From the human T2T-CHM13v2.0 reference genome, Homo sapiens, in assembly GCF_009914755.1 (NCBI RefSeq), contig NC_060941.1: 64,000 nucleotides of DNA; one strand, 5' to 3'. The stretch's first letter is position 1. Every line of letters begins with the position of its first letter. Below are positions 28,641-43,254 of the stretch, in pieces. The notes below the pieces were generated by a model, which saw only the letters and a list, made by a program, of their open reading frames with translations, ran no database searches and was not told the DNA's origin. The translations under genes were made by a program, and so were the position numbers.

Positions 28641-28942
28641 TTCCTCTCTCCAACTACAGCTGCAGTTCCTGTTATGACCTGCTTCTATCCCAATCAGTTT
28701 CTCCTGCCCCGTTTCGAGCAAGGCACCACAATCCAGACTTCCTACCCAGAAACCTGAGAGTCTTGTCTTGTCTTCACATTTGGTAGTGCCCACATCTAAT
28801 CAGTCAACGTATACTATCGACTCTAATTCCATTATCAGTCAAAAGTGTCCCCTCCTGTTTGGATCCTTTACCAGCAGACTACAGGAATGGAAAGAAATCA
28901 CCACCACCATGAGGGCGTTAGGAATGATAAAAGAGCATTTAT

Positions 28943-29223
28943 GGTCAGGCATGGTGGCTCACGCCTGTAGTCTCAGCACTTTGGGAGGCTGAGGCAGGTG
29001 GATCACTTGAGGTCAGGAGTTCGAGACCAACCTGGCCAACGTGGTGAAACCCCATCTCTACTAAAAATAAAAAATTAGTCAGTGTGGTGGCACGTCCCTG
29101 TAGTCCCAGCTACTCAGGAGGCTGAGGCAGGAGAATCACTTGAACCCAGGAGGTGGAGGTTGCGGTGAGCCAAGATCACGCCACTGCACTCCAGCCTGGG
29201 CAACAAGAGAGAAACTCCATCTC

Positions 29224-29250
<27 letters not shown>
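28943..29250 (+). mobile_element. AluSq/Sx-like
   Basis: TSD aaaagagcattt(a/g)t. Confidence 0.95.
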
Positions 29251-29255
<5 letters not shown>

Positions 29256-29404
29256 ATTTGTATGTGAAAACCACTTGAAACATAACTACAGGTTTAACTT
29301 TCCCCATTACAGGCAGGAGGGGAAAAAAAAACACAATAAATTATATTTTGAAATTTTTAAGTCTTACTCCTACTCTCATTGAAAAATACCCCCACATCTC
29401 TTGT

Positions 29405-29830
29405 GGCTATGAAAATTGATACAACCTTTTTGAAAAATAATTTGGCCATATATATCAAGAGCCATAAAAATGTTCATCCCCTTTGACCCGGTAATCCCAC
29501 TCCCAGGAATTTATCCGAGGGAAATCATTCAAAATAAGAAGAAGAAAAAAGAGCTAGTTGTGTACAGATGTTGGTTACCTCTTTGTAATCGTAAGAATCT
29601 AAAAGCAAAATAAATGTAGAATTATAGTGGAATAGTGGAGCCAATTTCAGTGTAGTTAACTCAATGGTATATTAGGCAGTTGCAAAAATAATAAATATGG
29701 GCACTAGGTAGAACCTAGGAAAAATACACAGGAAATAATGCCGAATGAAATATATATGTTCTGTAATTATAACTACATAAAAACATATATTTTTACAGAT
29801 GAAAAATGAAAGGGGTCATGGAGGAATGTA
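29405..29830 (+). mobile_element. Old L1ME fragment
   Basis: ccctttgacccggtaatcccactcccaggaatttatcc. Confidence 0.75.
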
Positions 29831-31309
29831 AACAATGCATATGATTGATTAGCGGGATTACAGACACGGCTTCTTTGATGCTTTAGAGTTGGATGAAAAT
29901 GTTATAAAGCCTTTTGGAAGCTCCCTAACGAAGGGAGTGGTGGTGACCATGAGAAGCGACCCCAGCCCCAGACCTGGGGAGGGAAGGGGCTTCCTGCTGC
30001 TTTCTGTGCCACGTGTAGGGAGGTTGGCCAGCCCCGCAGACAAGACCATGACTGCTCTACGGTAGGCACAGCCGGCAGAACCCTCAGAGGCTTTTCCCGT
30101 CTTGGGCTGGGATGTTGGTTTAGCAGAGTAGCGACAGAATCAACTCCTTGTCTCCCTGGCTTCTGGGTCTGTGAGAGCAACCTGAGGCTCTCATTTTACC
30201 AAGGTCGGGGACTGGATACGGACCCTCCCCTTAGGATAAAGCCTGTCCAAGTTCCAAACAGCAAGCAGAAGCGCGGTCAGGCCTCCCAGCCAAGGTGAGG
30301 AACCCCAGATAAGGATCCCGGTGAGGGCCAGTGGAAGATCAGAGAGATGCGGCAAAGCTCCCACAGAAAGGATTCAAACCCCAAAAAGCCTTGAGCCTGG
30401 CCTCACTGCCCACTGCCCCATCAGGGGGTGATCGAGCGGCAGTGCCAACCTAGTGCCCAGCCAATCTGCTCCTCAGCTGAGCCCACTCAGCCGTCCCACA
30501 CGGCAGGGCCCTCTTCCCTCTTGCATGCCTCTCCCTCCATTTTATCCTCCTCTTTTCAGCCCTCCTTGACCCCAGACCTGTGAATGACACACACTTAAGG
30601 ACACAGCATAGTCCCTCAGTGGGACCCAATGCTGAGTGATGAGTGACTCATTAGGAGCAGTCCTTGCAGATGCAGTGTTACATTCATCCATCATGTCCCT
30701 GCTGAGCAATTCCAGATCTGGCCATTTGCTGGAGGCATGGTCGAGGCTCTCCCCAGCTCCATCCTGTGAGTAAACACCCCTTCGTCACAAACAGGATGCG
30801 TGCCGACACTGGCTTTCATCTGGCTGCACACAGAAGGGATGGAGAATCCAGGCTTTGGCTGATCAAAACAGTGGGCAGGAAGCCAGCAGGGGTCCATTGT
30901 CCCTCTCTGCCACCCTGGACTTTGCTCCCACACAGCTGCCTTTGGATTTTTAAACAGCATTTGTTCAGGAGACAGTGTTTTTGCCAAGGCTGGCACTGGA
31001 CTCAAAGGAGTTGGAAAGTGGGTAGCTCAGAATCACCATGATTCCTCTTAGCTCTTCCCTCTCTTGGCACGTGTCCTCTGCGTCCACAAGAAGATGGACA
31101 GGTCCCACTTACCGAGAAACTTGTGGAGAAGAGGCCAGAATTAATTAACGAGAAGATGTTGTTATAAACATTTGCTTAAGAAATGCACTCATTACTTTCA
31201 CGCCCAAAGATAAATTAAATCAGGCAAATCCAGGAGAGACTAGGAAAGAAACTGCTTCAAGGATATCAGAAAAATGAGGCGTTTCTGCCTATCGTTTATA
31301 GATCGGTAG

Positions 31310-31654
<345 letters not shown>

Positions 31655-31737
31655 CCAAAAAGCACTTTTACATATTCCATTTGAACTCTTCTTATACTTT
31701 GCAGCATTTGGTGGTGGTGGTTTTTGTTAATTTAAGG

Positions 31738-31956
31738 CAGCATTTCTCAACCTGGGCACAATTGACATTAGAGGCTGGATCATTCTTTGTTGTGAGGGAC
31801 AGTCCTGTGCTGTCAGGAATGTTTAGCAATATCCCTGGCCTCCCCTCACCTGATCATGTTAACACCCCCTCGGTTGTGATGAGCAAGTATGTCTCTAGAC
31901 GTTCCCAAATGTCCCCTGGGCAATAAAACTGCCCCCTCCTCCTTTGAGAACCATTG
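31738..31956 (+). mobile_element. MER20
   Basis: cagcatttctcaacc...tgagaaccattg; TSD atttaagg/atttagga. Confidence 0.9.
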
Positions 31957-33139
31957 ATTTAGGAGGAAGAAGAAGTTAAGGAGGAGAAAGTTTGCTAATT
32001 CAAAGTAAAATTCAACCTAGCTCCTGCATAAGATCATCACTTCTTTATAAAGAGACAGATTTTTATGAATGGGATATTGTGGTGCTTTATATTGGAGTTT
32101 GACTAGAAAGGCAAAGTTTCTAATGCTGTAATCTCCAGAGGAAAAGCATTCACTGGAAAAGGCAAAGCTGTTAACGTTGGTTGTATAGGCACATCTGAAA
32201 TGTCCCTGCTTTTTAAATGACCCCTGTTTGGGCAGGTTTGCTTACAAACTTACACAGCAGACAAAGTAAGGACATTTCTTTTACGAAAAAAGATTCATCT
32301 TATGGCTCCTTGAAATGAGCCCCCTTAGAACTTTTCTAGTTCTTAGTGTTGGGTGTTATTAACTTGACAGACTGTCTAGGCTGCAGAGAAGCTGCGAATA
32401 TTAATAGAAATGAAGAAAGCATTTATAAAATTCTTATTCACATCAATTTTGTGTAAAGTGATATCTCTCTAATGGTTTTACCCCTGCCTTTTTCAGCTAA
32501 CATCTATTGGCCAAACTGGGGTTCAAAACAAAGGATCAGGTCTCTGAAAGTATTGCTCATTTTACAGGGATTCACCCTTTGAACACTGTCTGGGCCTAAC
32601 CTAGACACTCGGTAGTAATGACAAAAGAGTAAAGTATTAGTTACCCATGTTCAAGGTGCACGTGATCTGTTTGGAGAAGCAGAACATGCACTTTTTAACC
32701 AACTATGGAAAACGAGTCAGACAACAAGTGAACTCTCCTTTTATGGTTGGCACTGAGAAGAACATTCTTCCAAACAGGTGAAGTAAATCAAAGTAGACTT
32801 CCTGGAAAAGGGGGCTTTGAGTCAGGCATGGATCAGTAGAGAGTCTCTGCATACCCCTGCTGGATCCCAGGGAACACTGCTGATCACCAGAGCCTGAATA
32901 AGCAGTAACTTCAACCTTCTCACTTTTTCCTCCCCTCTTTCCTGTGCCTGGCAGATCCTTTTCTGGGGGTTGCAGTGGGTATAGCCGTCTCCTAATCATG
33001 TGATCGCATCCTCCTGGCCACAGTTGGTTGGTTCAGGGGGTGGGCATCTGACCCAACCTGAAACCATGCAAATTCCCTCCTCTGGGAATTTGGAAAATGA
33101 ACTACAAGCTTACATTTCCTGTGACTCCAAGTCACATCC

Positions 33140-33345
33140 TGTTTATCTAGCAAACACATATAATGCTTACTATGTACCAGGCACTGTCCTAAGTGGTTCA
33201 TAAATACAAATTCATTGAATCCTCATAAAAGTTTTATGAAGTAGATACTATCATTGTCCCTCATTTTACAGATGGGCACACAGAGGTACAGAGAAGTTAA
33301 GTAACTTGCCCAAAGACACACAGCTGGTAAGGGGCAGAGCTACTA
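33140..33345 (-). mobile_element. MIR
   Basis: cttactatgtaccaggcactg...gttaagtaacttgcccaaagacacacagct. Confidence 0.9.
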
Positions 33346-33378
33346 ACCATGTTGCTTGGGGAATTAAAAATAAGCACA

Positions 33379-33725
<347 letters not shown>

Positions 33726-33916
33726 TCACTTTCGATTTGCCCTCGCGTAAATTGCTTAGCTTTGCTGCGCCCAGTTTCCTCAGCTGTAAAAGACAAGGGT
33801 GGATTACATCAGTGTTTTCCAAAGTGTGGTGTGGTGTAGATACTGGTGGGATGAGAGATTATAATTTTTTTTCATAGCTATATATTTATCTTCATGTATA
33901 TTAGAAAGGACACATA

Positions 33917-33964
33917 ATAGATGATAGATGGATGGGTAGATAGATAGATAGATAGATAGATAGA
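33917..33964. repeat. (TAGA)n tetranucleotide STR
   Basis: 7 uninterrupted TAGA units at 33937-33964 plus an imperfect flank. Confidence 0.95.
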
Positions 33965-34129
33965 TTTTACATACATATAGATATCCCCAAACCTGTGGTA
34001 TCACAAATAGTATTGCTTGAGATGAAACCAGAGTGGGTAGTAACATCATAGTTTAGAAGTGAGTTCAGGAAACAGTATCGTACAATGGGAAACGTGGCCC
34101 TTGACGTTCACATGTACCTGCACTGCCTG

Positions 34130-34530
34130 AGTCAACATGGTTTCAGTGGGGATGACTCCATTCCTGCACGCCAAGGTGCATTTATGACCCAAGCCGGCCA
34201 CAGTGATTGTCCTGGGGAAGGACACGTGATTCAAGAGGACAAGTGAGGCCCCCTGGGGACTTTTGCTGGGCCAATCAGGAAAGCCTGGTGCTGCCAAGGG
34301 CATCTGCCACCACCCAGAGAGGACAGAGGCAAGGCAGAGACACCTTTAAAGGCTGGAAGAGGGAGAGGAGGGCCTGTGAACATGCCATCTAACCTCAGAG
34401 CCAGTGGAGCTGGCATTACATACCCCCGGGGTTTTCCCTTACCTAAGGCAACACAGTTTTCTCTGTGCTTTCCACTGACTCTAGTTTGAATTTGTTTTTT
34501 GTCCCTTGCTAATAGTTTTGATGAACACAG
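34130..34530 (+). mobile_element. Old MLT1K-like LTR
   Basis: ggccacagtgattg...cacgtgattcaag...gggacttttgctgg. Confidence 0.5.
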
Positions 34531-34719
34531 GTAGGCAATGCAGTCTTAGGATTTAGTGAAGAATTGCTACTTTCTAGTACCAGGTGGTGACACCCAGTTT
34601 AAAAAGCCACAATGACTTCAGTGGAGAGAAAGGACAGACATCACAGCTTCCATGCTGAAAGTGATGACTCTGTCTCAGGCAGCATGGGGGAGAGAAGAGA
34701 GGCCAATTTTGGCAATGAC

Positions 34720-35040
34720 TATCCTCAGCCTCGGTTTCCTCCTCTGCAGAGTGGGAATAACAATATCTCCTATGAATGGACATCCTAGGGCCAAATGGCA
34801 TAACAGAAGCAAGCTATCTAATGAAGTTTCTTAAGTCCACAAAAGGTAGCTATTACTATGTTGTGCCAGGAGTTTTATATAAAGTATTGTACCAAATTCC
34901 ATGTGATCCTCACCACAATCCTATACTTTAAAATCACCAGCTTTACTCCAGAGAAACTGGGATTCAAAGAGGTTGGGTGACTTGCTGTCAAGCAAACAGC
35001 CAATAAAGAACAGAGCTGTCCTTCAAGCCAGCTCTAGCAG
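34720..35040. mobile_element. Two MIRs, tail to tail
   Basis: cctcggtttcctcctctgcagagtgggaataac (+) and gagaaactgggattcaaagaggttgggtgacttg (-). Confidence 0.7.
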
Positions 35041-35859
35041 ACACCACCCAAGGCTGGGTGATGGTGAATATCCCAAGGTTTTGGAAGCAAGACTCCAAGG
35101 AGCCAGTCATCAGGGGCAAAGGAATGTGAAAGCCACTGGTGGGGGCAAGTGAACCAGACAAGATAGCAGAGGAAATTCCCCGAGAGCTCTCCTTACTTCC
35201 TGCCCACTTTGGAAAGTTCCTTGGAAAATCCTGGGGCTCAGATTTGGAGGAAAGTCAGCTTTGTGGAACAAAGGCATAAAATAATCCAGCAAAGCACCCA
35301 GCCCCGATGCATCAGGAGGAACTAACATTAATACACGGCCACAGATCCCAGATGTTGTTATGGTTGGATTACACGGACTTGGAAAGTTCAGGCATGAGAT
35401 GCCTGAATGATAACAATAGAAAACAGATCAAAAGCCCAAAGAAAGAAATCAAGAGAAATGAAAAACAGAAGGAACTGCAGGGGAAGATGAAAGAGGAGAA
35501 TTATAATTTGACACTGAAGGGGAGCCAGTGTTTAAGGTTTTTCTGGAAGTTGACCCACAGCCAGATGAGAATTTTGTAGCATTATTGGCAGTATGAAGTT
35601 ACAATCCTTGAGCTCTTTTGTAGACTTTGGGGACCTCAGGGTTAAAAGACTTCCCTGAGAATCTCCTAAATCCACCTCTTCCTTTAAATCATCCTGGAGG
35701 TGTTCAGTGCCTGAATCTTCATAGACCCTGTCATATTCAGCTCGTCCATCAATACCAGGGAGAGCAGCAAGGTATAGGAGGAATTGAAGCTAAGGTTGTA
35801 CAATCCCCCCGGCCACAATCCCATAAGAGTCTCTTTGCTCCAAATGTCAGAAAACTCCC

Positions 35860-36380
35860 AGTTTCTCGGTTCAGGTAATAGAGAACCTAATTTACACTGA
35901 CAAACAAAAAAGGAAATGAATTGACTCAGAAAACCGAACAGTTGAGAGAGGTCTAACTAGCTTCAGGTATGGTTTGATCCAGGAGTTCAAAAGATGTCAC
36001 AGGGCTCAGTATCTCCATTTCACTCCATATTTGCTTTTGTCTCAAGCTCCACGTGGTGACAAAATGGCAAATTTCATATTTGTATTCTCCCATGTTTGAG
36101 TCCAACAGAAAGAGAATATGCCTTTCTCCCAAAAGTCTAAGCACTAGGCTCATCAAGACCCGTTGGCTCTAATAGGGTCTTATGCCCATCCCAGTGGCTA
36201 GAGGAATATGATGCTCTGATTGGCCAGGCCTGTACCTAGAACTAGTAGCAAAGTCAACTCCATCCCCAGCCTGAGAACGGAGAGTGGAAGACAAGTGTTT
36301 CCCCGAGAAAAAGTGAATTGCATCATTAGGAGTTGGTAAATGAATGCTGGGAATCAAAAAATAATGGGTGTCTACTATTT
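35860..36380 (-). mobile_element. MLT1K/L-like LTR
   Basis: agcttcaggtatggtttgatccagg...tgctctgattggccaggcctg. Confidence 0.7.
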
Positions 36381-36576
36381 CCCATCCCACCTCTGTCTCC
36401 TGCATGTGACTCTCTTTTGCAATTTTCTCTCCTCACAAGAAAATAAGAAGTAACAGCATTATCATCTGGTCCTGAAATATCAATGGCATATACAATTTCT
36501 CCTTGTCAATTAAAAATCTAAAGCCCAAGTCATTTTACATTTGCTTTTCCAAAATGTATTAAATTGGATGCCTTTA

Positions 36577-36953
<377 letters not shown>

Positions 36954-37533
36954 CTAGGGGATACAAAAGGGATACAAGAACCCAGTTCCTGTTGCTGAGA
37001 AGCCCACACTCTAATAAGGTTTAGGGGAACATTGGCCTTAACGGCAAAATATCAACCTGAAGTTTCTCATTACACTTTTTCAGTTTTTTAATTAAGTCTC
37101 TCAGAAAGAGACCTGTCCTGGCACCCTTCCATCCCTCAAATTTTAACCAATGGCTTGACAGTTAATAACATATTTTTACATTTATTTTTGTATCTGAGAC
37201 TCCCAATATCTCTAGGAGGGTTGATTCTATTTTTAATTGGCATTTTATGGATAAAGGAGAGAAAAGTTCAGACAGGTTGAGTGACTTGCATGGAGTCACA
37301 CAACTAAAAAGTGATTATACCCAAACTTGACATCCGCTCCCTCATTCCTACCCCTAGTCATGTGAAACTACCTGAAGTCAAAAACATTGTCACTAACGCT
37401 GGATACAGAGGAAGCCAGAGGTCCACCAAGAGGCTGTCCCAAGACCGAAGAGCTCAGAAGCCATCTGAGGTCCATGCTGTTATTTTGCATTCTGTACTAC
37501 TCAAGTCACATGGATAAAAACACAAGCTTTCCT

Positions 37534-37840
37534 CCATCATTCTCAGCAAGCTAACACGGAAACAGAAAACCAAACACTGCATGTTCTCACTCATAAGTGG
37601 GAGGAGAACAATGAGAAGACACGGACACAGGGAGGGGAACATCACACAATGGGGCCTGTCAGAGGGTTGGGGGCAAAGGGAGGGAGAGCATTAGGACAAA
37701 CGCCTAATGCATACAGGGCTTAAAACCTAGATGACGGGTTGACAGGTGCAGCAAACCACCATGGCACATGTATACCTATGTAACAAACCTGCACATTCTG
37801 CACATGTATCCAAGAACTTAAGATAAAATTTTAAAAAAAA
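37534..37840 (+). mobile_element. L1PA8-like 3' end
   Basis: gggagagcattaggacaaacgcctaatgca...gcttaaaacctagatgacgggttg. Confidence 0.92.
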
Positions 37841-37879
37841 CTGTAAACCTTCCTAAAATGGAACAAGGAAACAACAGCC

Positions 37880-39450
37880 TTTATTTCTTTGTTTGGTTGG
37901 CCTGTCTACTAGATGCCAGGCTCTGGGCCAAGCCCTGGGATTACCCAGACGCAATGAGTCCCTGTCCTCCAGGAATACACGTTCTTGGGAAGTGGAAGAG
38001 AAGGACTCTTGACAAAGCCATGTGATGAAGGCAATGGTTAAGAAGTGCCCAGGCAGCTCAGGGAGCTGGGAGGAATATACCTGCTCAGACTGGGAAGGCT
38101 GCAGGAAGAGGGAGAAGGTGGGAGTCTGTCAGGTAGCAGGGTTGGACATGGGAAAGAAGGTCCGTGTGAACTGAAGTGAAGAGTAGGAACAGGGGTCAGG
38201 GAGATGAGGCTGGTGATTCTGGCAAAGCTTAAATGGGCACAAAGGAGATGGCCTGACTGACCCTTGAAGGCCATCGGCAGCTCCAAAGAGGACAGAGGCT
38301 TTTATTGTTTTGGGTTCCTTCCAGATGCAGTGCAGTAGGTGGGTTGGACATGGGCACGTGTGCAGGTGGAGAGAGCTGTTAGGAAGCTGTCAAAGTTATC
38401 CAGGTGAGAACTAATGGCCACCGAAGCTAAGCAGTGCTGGGGCCATGGGGAGAAATACTCAGGTTGGAGAAGGATTCCAGGGCAAGTTCAGACAAGGCCA
38501 GGAGGGCTGCTATGGGGGAGCAGGAGAGTGGAGATTCAGATGTGGCAACCAGGGTCCCAGCACAAGTGGCGCTTTTGTGAGAGGGGTGGAGGGCAAGAGA
38601 GAGGAAGATATGAGATATTTTATGATGTTTTGAGATTGTGGTGCCCACAGGAAAGAAACGGGACAAGTCCAGTGCGCTGTGGAATACAGAGGAGTGGGGC
38701 TTCCAACCTGGGCTGGAAAGACAGCTGGGAGTCATCCCAGGATGTCCACAGCCACGAATGTGAGTGGTGACTAGAGCACTAGATTGAATGTATCACTCAG
38801 GGGAGAGTTTACAGAACAAGAAACAGGCCAAGTATAAAGTCCCAGGAGACAAATAAAGGAGTATGAAGAAAACCTGGAGAGAGGGGTGACCTAGGAGCCC
38901 AAGAAGGGAAAGCTTCTTAAGGAGAGGGTAATAGTCAAAGCCTGCGGGAAAATTGGTCAGATAAGGACTAAACAGTGCTTACTGGATTTTGCAATAAAGA
39001 AGTCCCTAGCTTTGCTGGCAAGCATGTCAGGGAAATGGTGGGACTGGCAGCCAGCACGCAGTTGATGGATAGGAAGATGGTAGGTGATGACATGGCCTTG
39101 TGGCTGAGGACAACTCTTTCAGGAAGCTTGGCAGGGAAGGGACGGAGAGAGATAGGGCCACAGGATGGAGAGAGGGTTTAAGGCTTAGAGGTTTAGGCTG
39201 TTGTCATTTTAAGAGAGTGAAAGGCTTGGACATGTTTATAGGATGCCTAAGGACCCTCAGCAGGTGGGAAGAGGATTGATTCTGAGTTTAGAAGGCAGGA
39301 TGCACCTCCTCTTCTGAGGCTGGAGGAAGGAAGAGAAGGGAGCATCAAGATTTAGATAAATGTGGCCGTGTGAAGACAAGATGTCGAGAGAGGTCAGCCT
39401 GATAAGCTGGATTTTCTCAAAGAATTAGGGGGCAGAAGTGTTTGCCAAAA
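37880..39450 (-). mobile_element. Long degraded L2
   Basis: Purine-rich L2 antisense motifs (gttatccaggtgaga, ggtcagataaggactaaacagtgcttactggattt). Confidence 0.7.
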
Positions 39451-40314
39451 GTGAGGGGACAAGCATGGGGTGACCAGGCTAGCTCTGAGACAGTGGTAAA
39501 GATTCTGAGCAGCACCAGAGGGGAACAGGAGAGGCAGCTGAGCAGTGCCAGAACCATGGAGCTTAAAGGCTCTGAGGTTCCTAGTGGACCAGAGCAGCCC
39601 AGTTGTATGGTTTTCCAATCTTTTGATCTGGAATTCATGGCAAGATCAGTAGGGACTGGGCTGAAATATCTTGCTTATGAAGAAAGAATGAGCTAAACCA
39701 ATAAAGACAATAAAATTAAATTAAAGAGAAATGTTTAATCTACTCAAGGGAACAAACTTTTCAGCATTTTGGCAGGACCTGTCTACAGTCCAAGTGATAG
39801 GATTATATAAAAAGACACTCATCCATTCATTGAGGTAGGTCTGCAGAATTTCTACTTGACAACACCTCTTAACCTGGATTGCTTTACTAAATGCTTTTGG
39901 AAGTAAAACCTTCCCAAATGTACCCTAATTTATACTTTTCAATAATTCAGATGGGGCAATGGGAATTACTAAAAATGCCTATCTTAAAATTTAATAGAAT
40001 TTTACATTTTAACAAATTAATGCTAAGAACTGAAATACCAGCATACTGGAAAGTTAAAGTCACGTAAGGTATGCAGGCAGCACTCTGGATATGTGCTTTA
40101 GACTCGGAGCAACAGTCAACGTACCCCTCAACCCAAAACAGAGTCACTACAGGGAAGGACTAGGGAGGGTGAGCAAAGGCCCATCCTCCCAGCCCTTAGG
40201 AGCACTGTATTCTGTAAGATAAGAATGAGGGTGGGGGTAGGAAAGAGACCCAACCTCCCTGATAGAGACCACTGAAAGGAGCTGCTGTTAATTAGCAGGC
40301 ACCCTGGTTGGTGA

Positions 40315-40575
40315 CTAAAGCAAGAGTCCATGTTTATTGAGGATCCCCTCTAGTTTGACTTTGTGCTAAAGAATTTACATTGGGCTATCTTAGGTGATTC
40401 AAACAACAGCTTATGATCTACTTATGGTCCTCATTTTGGAGATGAAAAAATGGCGATCTATTGAGGTGAAGGGTACATCTAAGGTTTCACAGTCAGGAGG
40501 GGGCAGAGCCAGGACAGAAGCCCAGATTTATCGTTTTCAAGGCCAGAGTTCTAAACCACGGTGCCTTACTGCTTC
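40315..40575 (-). mobile_element. MIR
   Basis: ctcattttggagatgaaaaa...ggcagagccagg. Confidence 0.7.
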
Positions 40576-41219
40576 TAACCTTACATGAAGTCACCACTGC
40601 CCACATTTCTGGCCGTCTCAGAGAGGCCCAAGCACCTACAGACAAGCCCATGGGCTTTGAAGCAGGCACTGAGTTCCGAGCATAAATATTAACATAACTG
40701 TGTGGGGGCCACTTAGTGACAGGAACTTTCAATGGAAAAGGTGGTTGCTCTTTTCCAAGCATGATATCTTATAGCTGGGGTGCTGTAAGATGTGAGAGAG
40801 GGAGAGTCAACAAGATTGTGTGCCCAGCACAAGGAAGGCACTCAGTTATGTCGTAGAGGTGAGAAAAGAGAAGCAACTTTGGCAGGAGGGGAGGAGGTAA
40901 GAAAGATTCCTGGCTACTGAGCTTGAGATAGCAGGTTTCTTCTTTCTACAAACATGTATGCAGTTCCTAACATTTGAGTTCCTAACATTCTTAACTGCAG
41001 AAGGAACTTATGCAGTTCCTAACAGGTGCCAGATTCTTTTCTAGGCAATGAAATGATTGAGGGGAGGGGGTGGAGACTGTGCCTGACCTCAGAGAACCAC
41101 AGTCTAGACCAGCAAGGACGGCACCCTTACAATAAAGTATGAAGATGCCATGGCCAAGGACACCTGGGGCATAGAGTATAAAGAAAGAGTGGGAAATTCA
41201 GCTTGGGGGTGAGGGTTAG

Positions 41220-41801
41220 GGATGGACAGATTTTAAGGGGGTTCCGTGAGCCCCACCTGTTTGTATCTATGCCCTTGTGGGTCCCTTCCCCTTGAGTGTG
41301 GGCATAACCTGTTAATCACCTCTGGTCTACAGAATGTGGCAAAGGTGAAGAGATGTGCATGACCACGTGTATGTGACTAAGTTTACAAAGCCCGTCTTGT
41401 GAAGAGACTTCCTCTTCTTTGCTAGCTTGAAAGAAGCCTGCTGCCAGTTGTGAGCTACCATCCAGAGAAGGCCACATGACAAAGAGCTGAGGGCAGCCTC
41501 CAGCTGACAGCTAACAAAAACAAAACAAAACAACTGAAGGCTTTAATTCAGCAGCCTGCAAGGAACTGAATGCCGCCAAGAAACACATGAGCCTAGAAGA
41601 AGATCCTTCCCCAGTTTAGCCTCAGAGGAGACTGCAGCCCCAGATGACACCTCTATTGTAGCCTTGTGAGACCCTGAGCAGAGAACCCAGATAAACTGTG
41701 CTCAAACTCTTGACCCACAGAAACTTTAAGATAAAGAATGCCTGTTGTTTTAAGCAGCCATATTTGTGATAATATTGTCACGCACCGATAGATAATTAAT
41801 A
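41220..41801 (+). mobile_element. MLT1E-like LTR
   Basis: gcaaggaactgaatgccgcc...gccttgtgagaccctgagcagagaaccca. Confidence 0.88.
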
Positions 41802-42356
41802 TGGGGGCCAAAGGGACCTTCCTAGAAGATGGAATCTTAATGTCTTTCTTTCCCAAACTTTAGCCATTTGGCTCTACCTTTCACAGAAAGACTAGTCTAT
41901 CCTCTAGGGTGATTCCTCTTCTCGGGTTTTTCGAAACAGCCCAGGTTTTATGTGCTATTCCTATTTTCTAAATAAAAGTGATTCCTTCTATGTACAATAA
42001 AATTTAATAGAAAATACATCATTCATGTCCTAATTTGTATACCAGTGTAATACATTTTGGTGGGAAAAAAACCCTCGCAATTCAGGAAAACAATTTTTAT
42101 CAGCCTATGTTTCTTCATTTGGGGTTTGGAAAATACAATTTCACCTTTCCTTTTTCTGACACTGGGGAAAGCCACAAATGTACTAAAGTTGCAGTTTCGG
42201 AAACTGAGTACAATGTTCAGGTAAGAAAGTTTGCTGGCTCAAGCAAATGGCATTCTGTCTAAACTACAGGCCAGTTCGACATGATTTCTAAGGAAAGAGA
42301 GGCTATTCTTGCCAAGTGGCCACAGTCATGCCTAAGCGTACAGGAGGCAAGCCTAG

Positions 42357-42717
<361 letters not shown>

Positions 42718-43254
42718 AGTTACCTTGGGTTTTGAAAGCAGAAGGGATAGAAAAGAGGCTCTGGAAGAAACCAGGGCAATGCGGATGCTGGATTTCAGGG
42801 AGTGCTTGGAATGAAAACAGTTAAGGGAAAATGCAGCCAGATGCTTGAAATGAACTATGGGTATGAGAAGGAAACAGCAGAGAGGAGGGTCTGGGTGTCA
42901 AAAGGACACGGGGATAGATGTGCCTGCCTCTGGGACAAAGGAATAGGCAAAGAGCAGGGCAAGAGAGAAAACAAGTAGAGACACAGAGGGCAAAGAAGGA
43001 AGAGGACAATGTTGCCCAATGCAAAAGATTCCCAGAAAGATCAACAAGAATATGCAGAAGCAAATGGAGCACCATAACATAAATGCCACAGAAGCAGGGT
43101 TTTATCTATTTTGGTCATTGCCATATCCTAGGCCTCAACTCTGTCTGCCACAGACACTCAATAAATATTACTGACTGACTAAACAAAGACTGAAAGAAGT
43201 GGGAGAAGATAAAACTAAGATACCAACGGTGAGGCAGAAGAGAGGTTTTACTCA

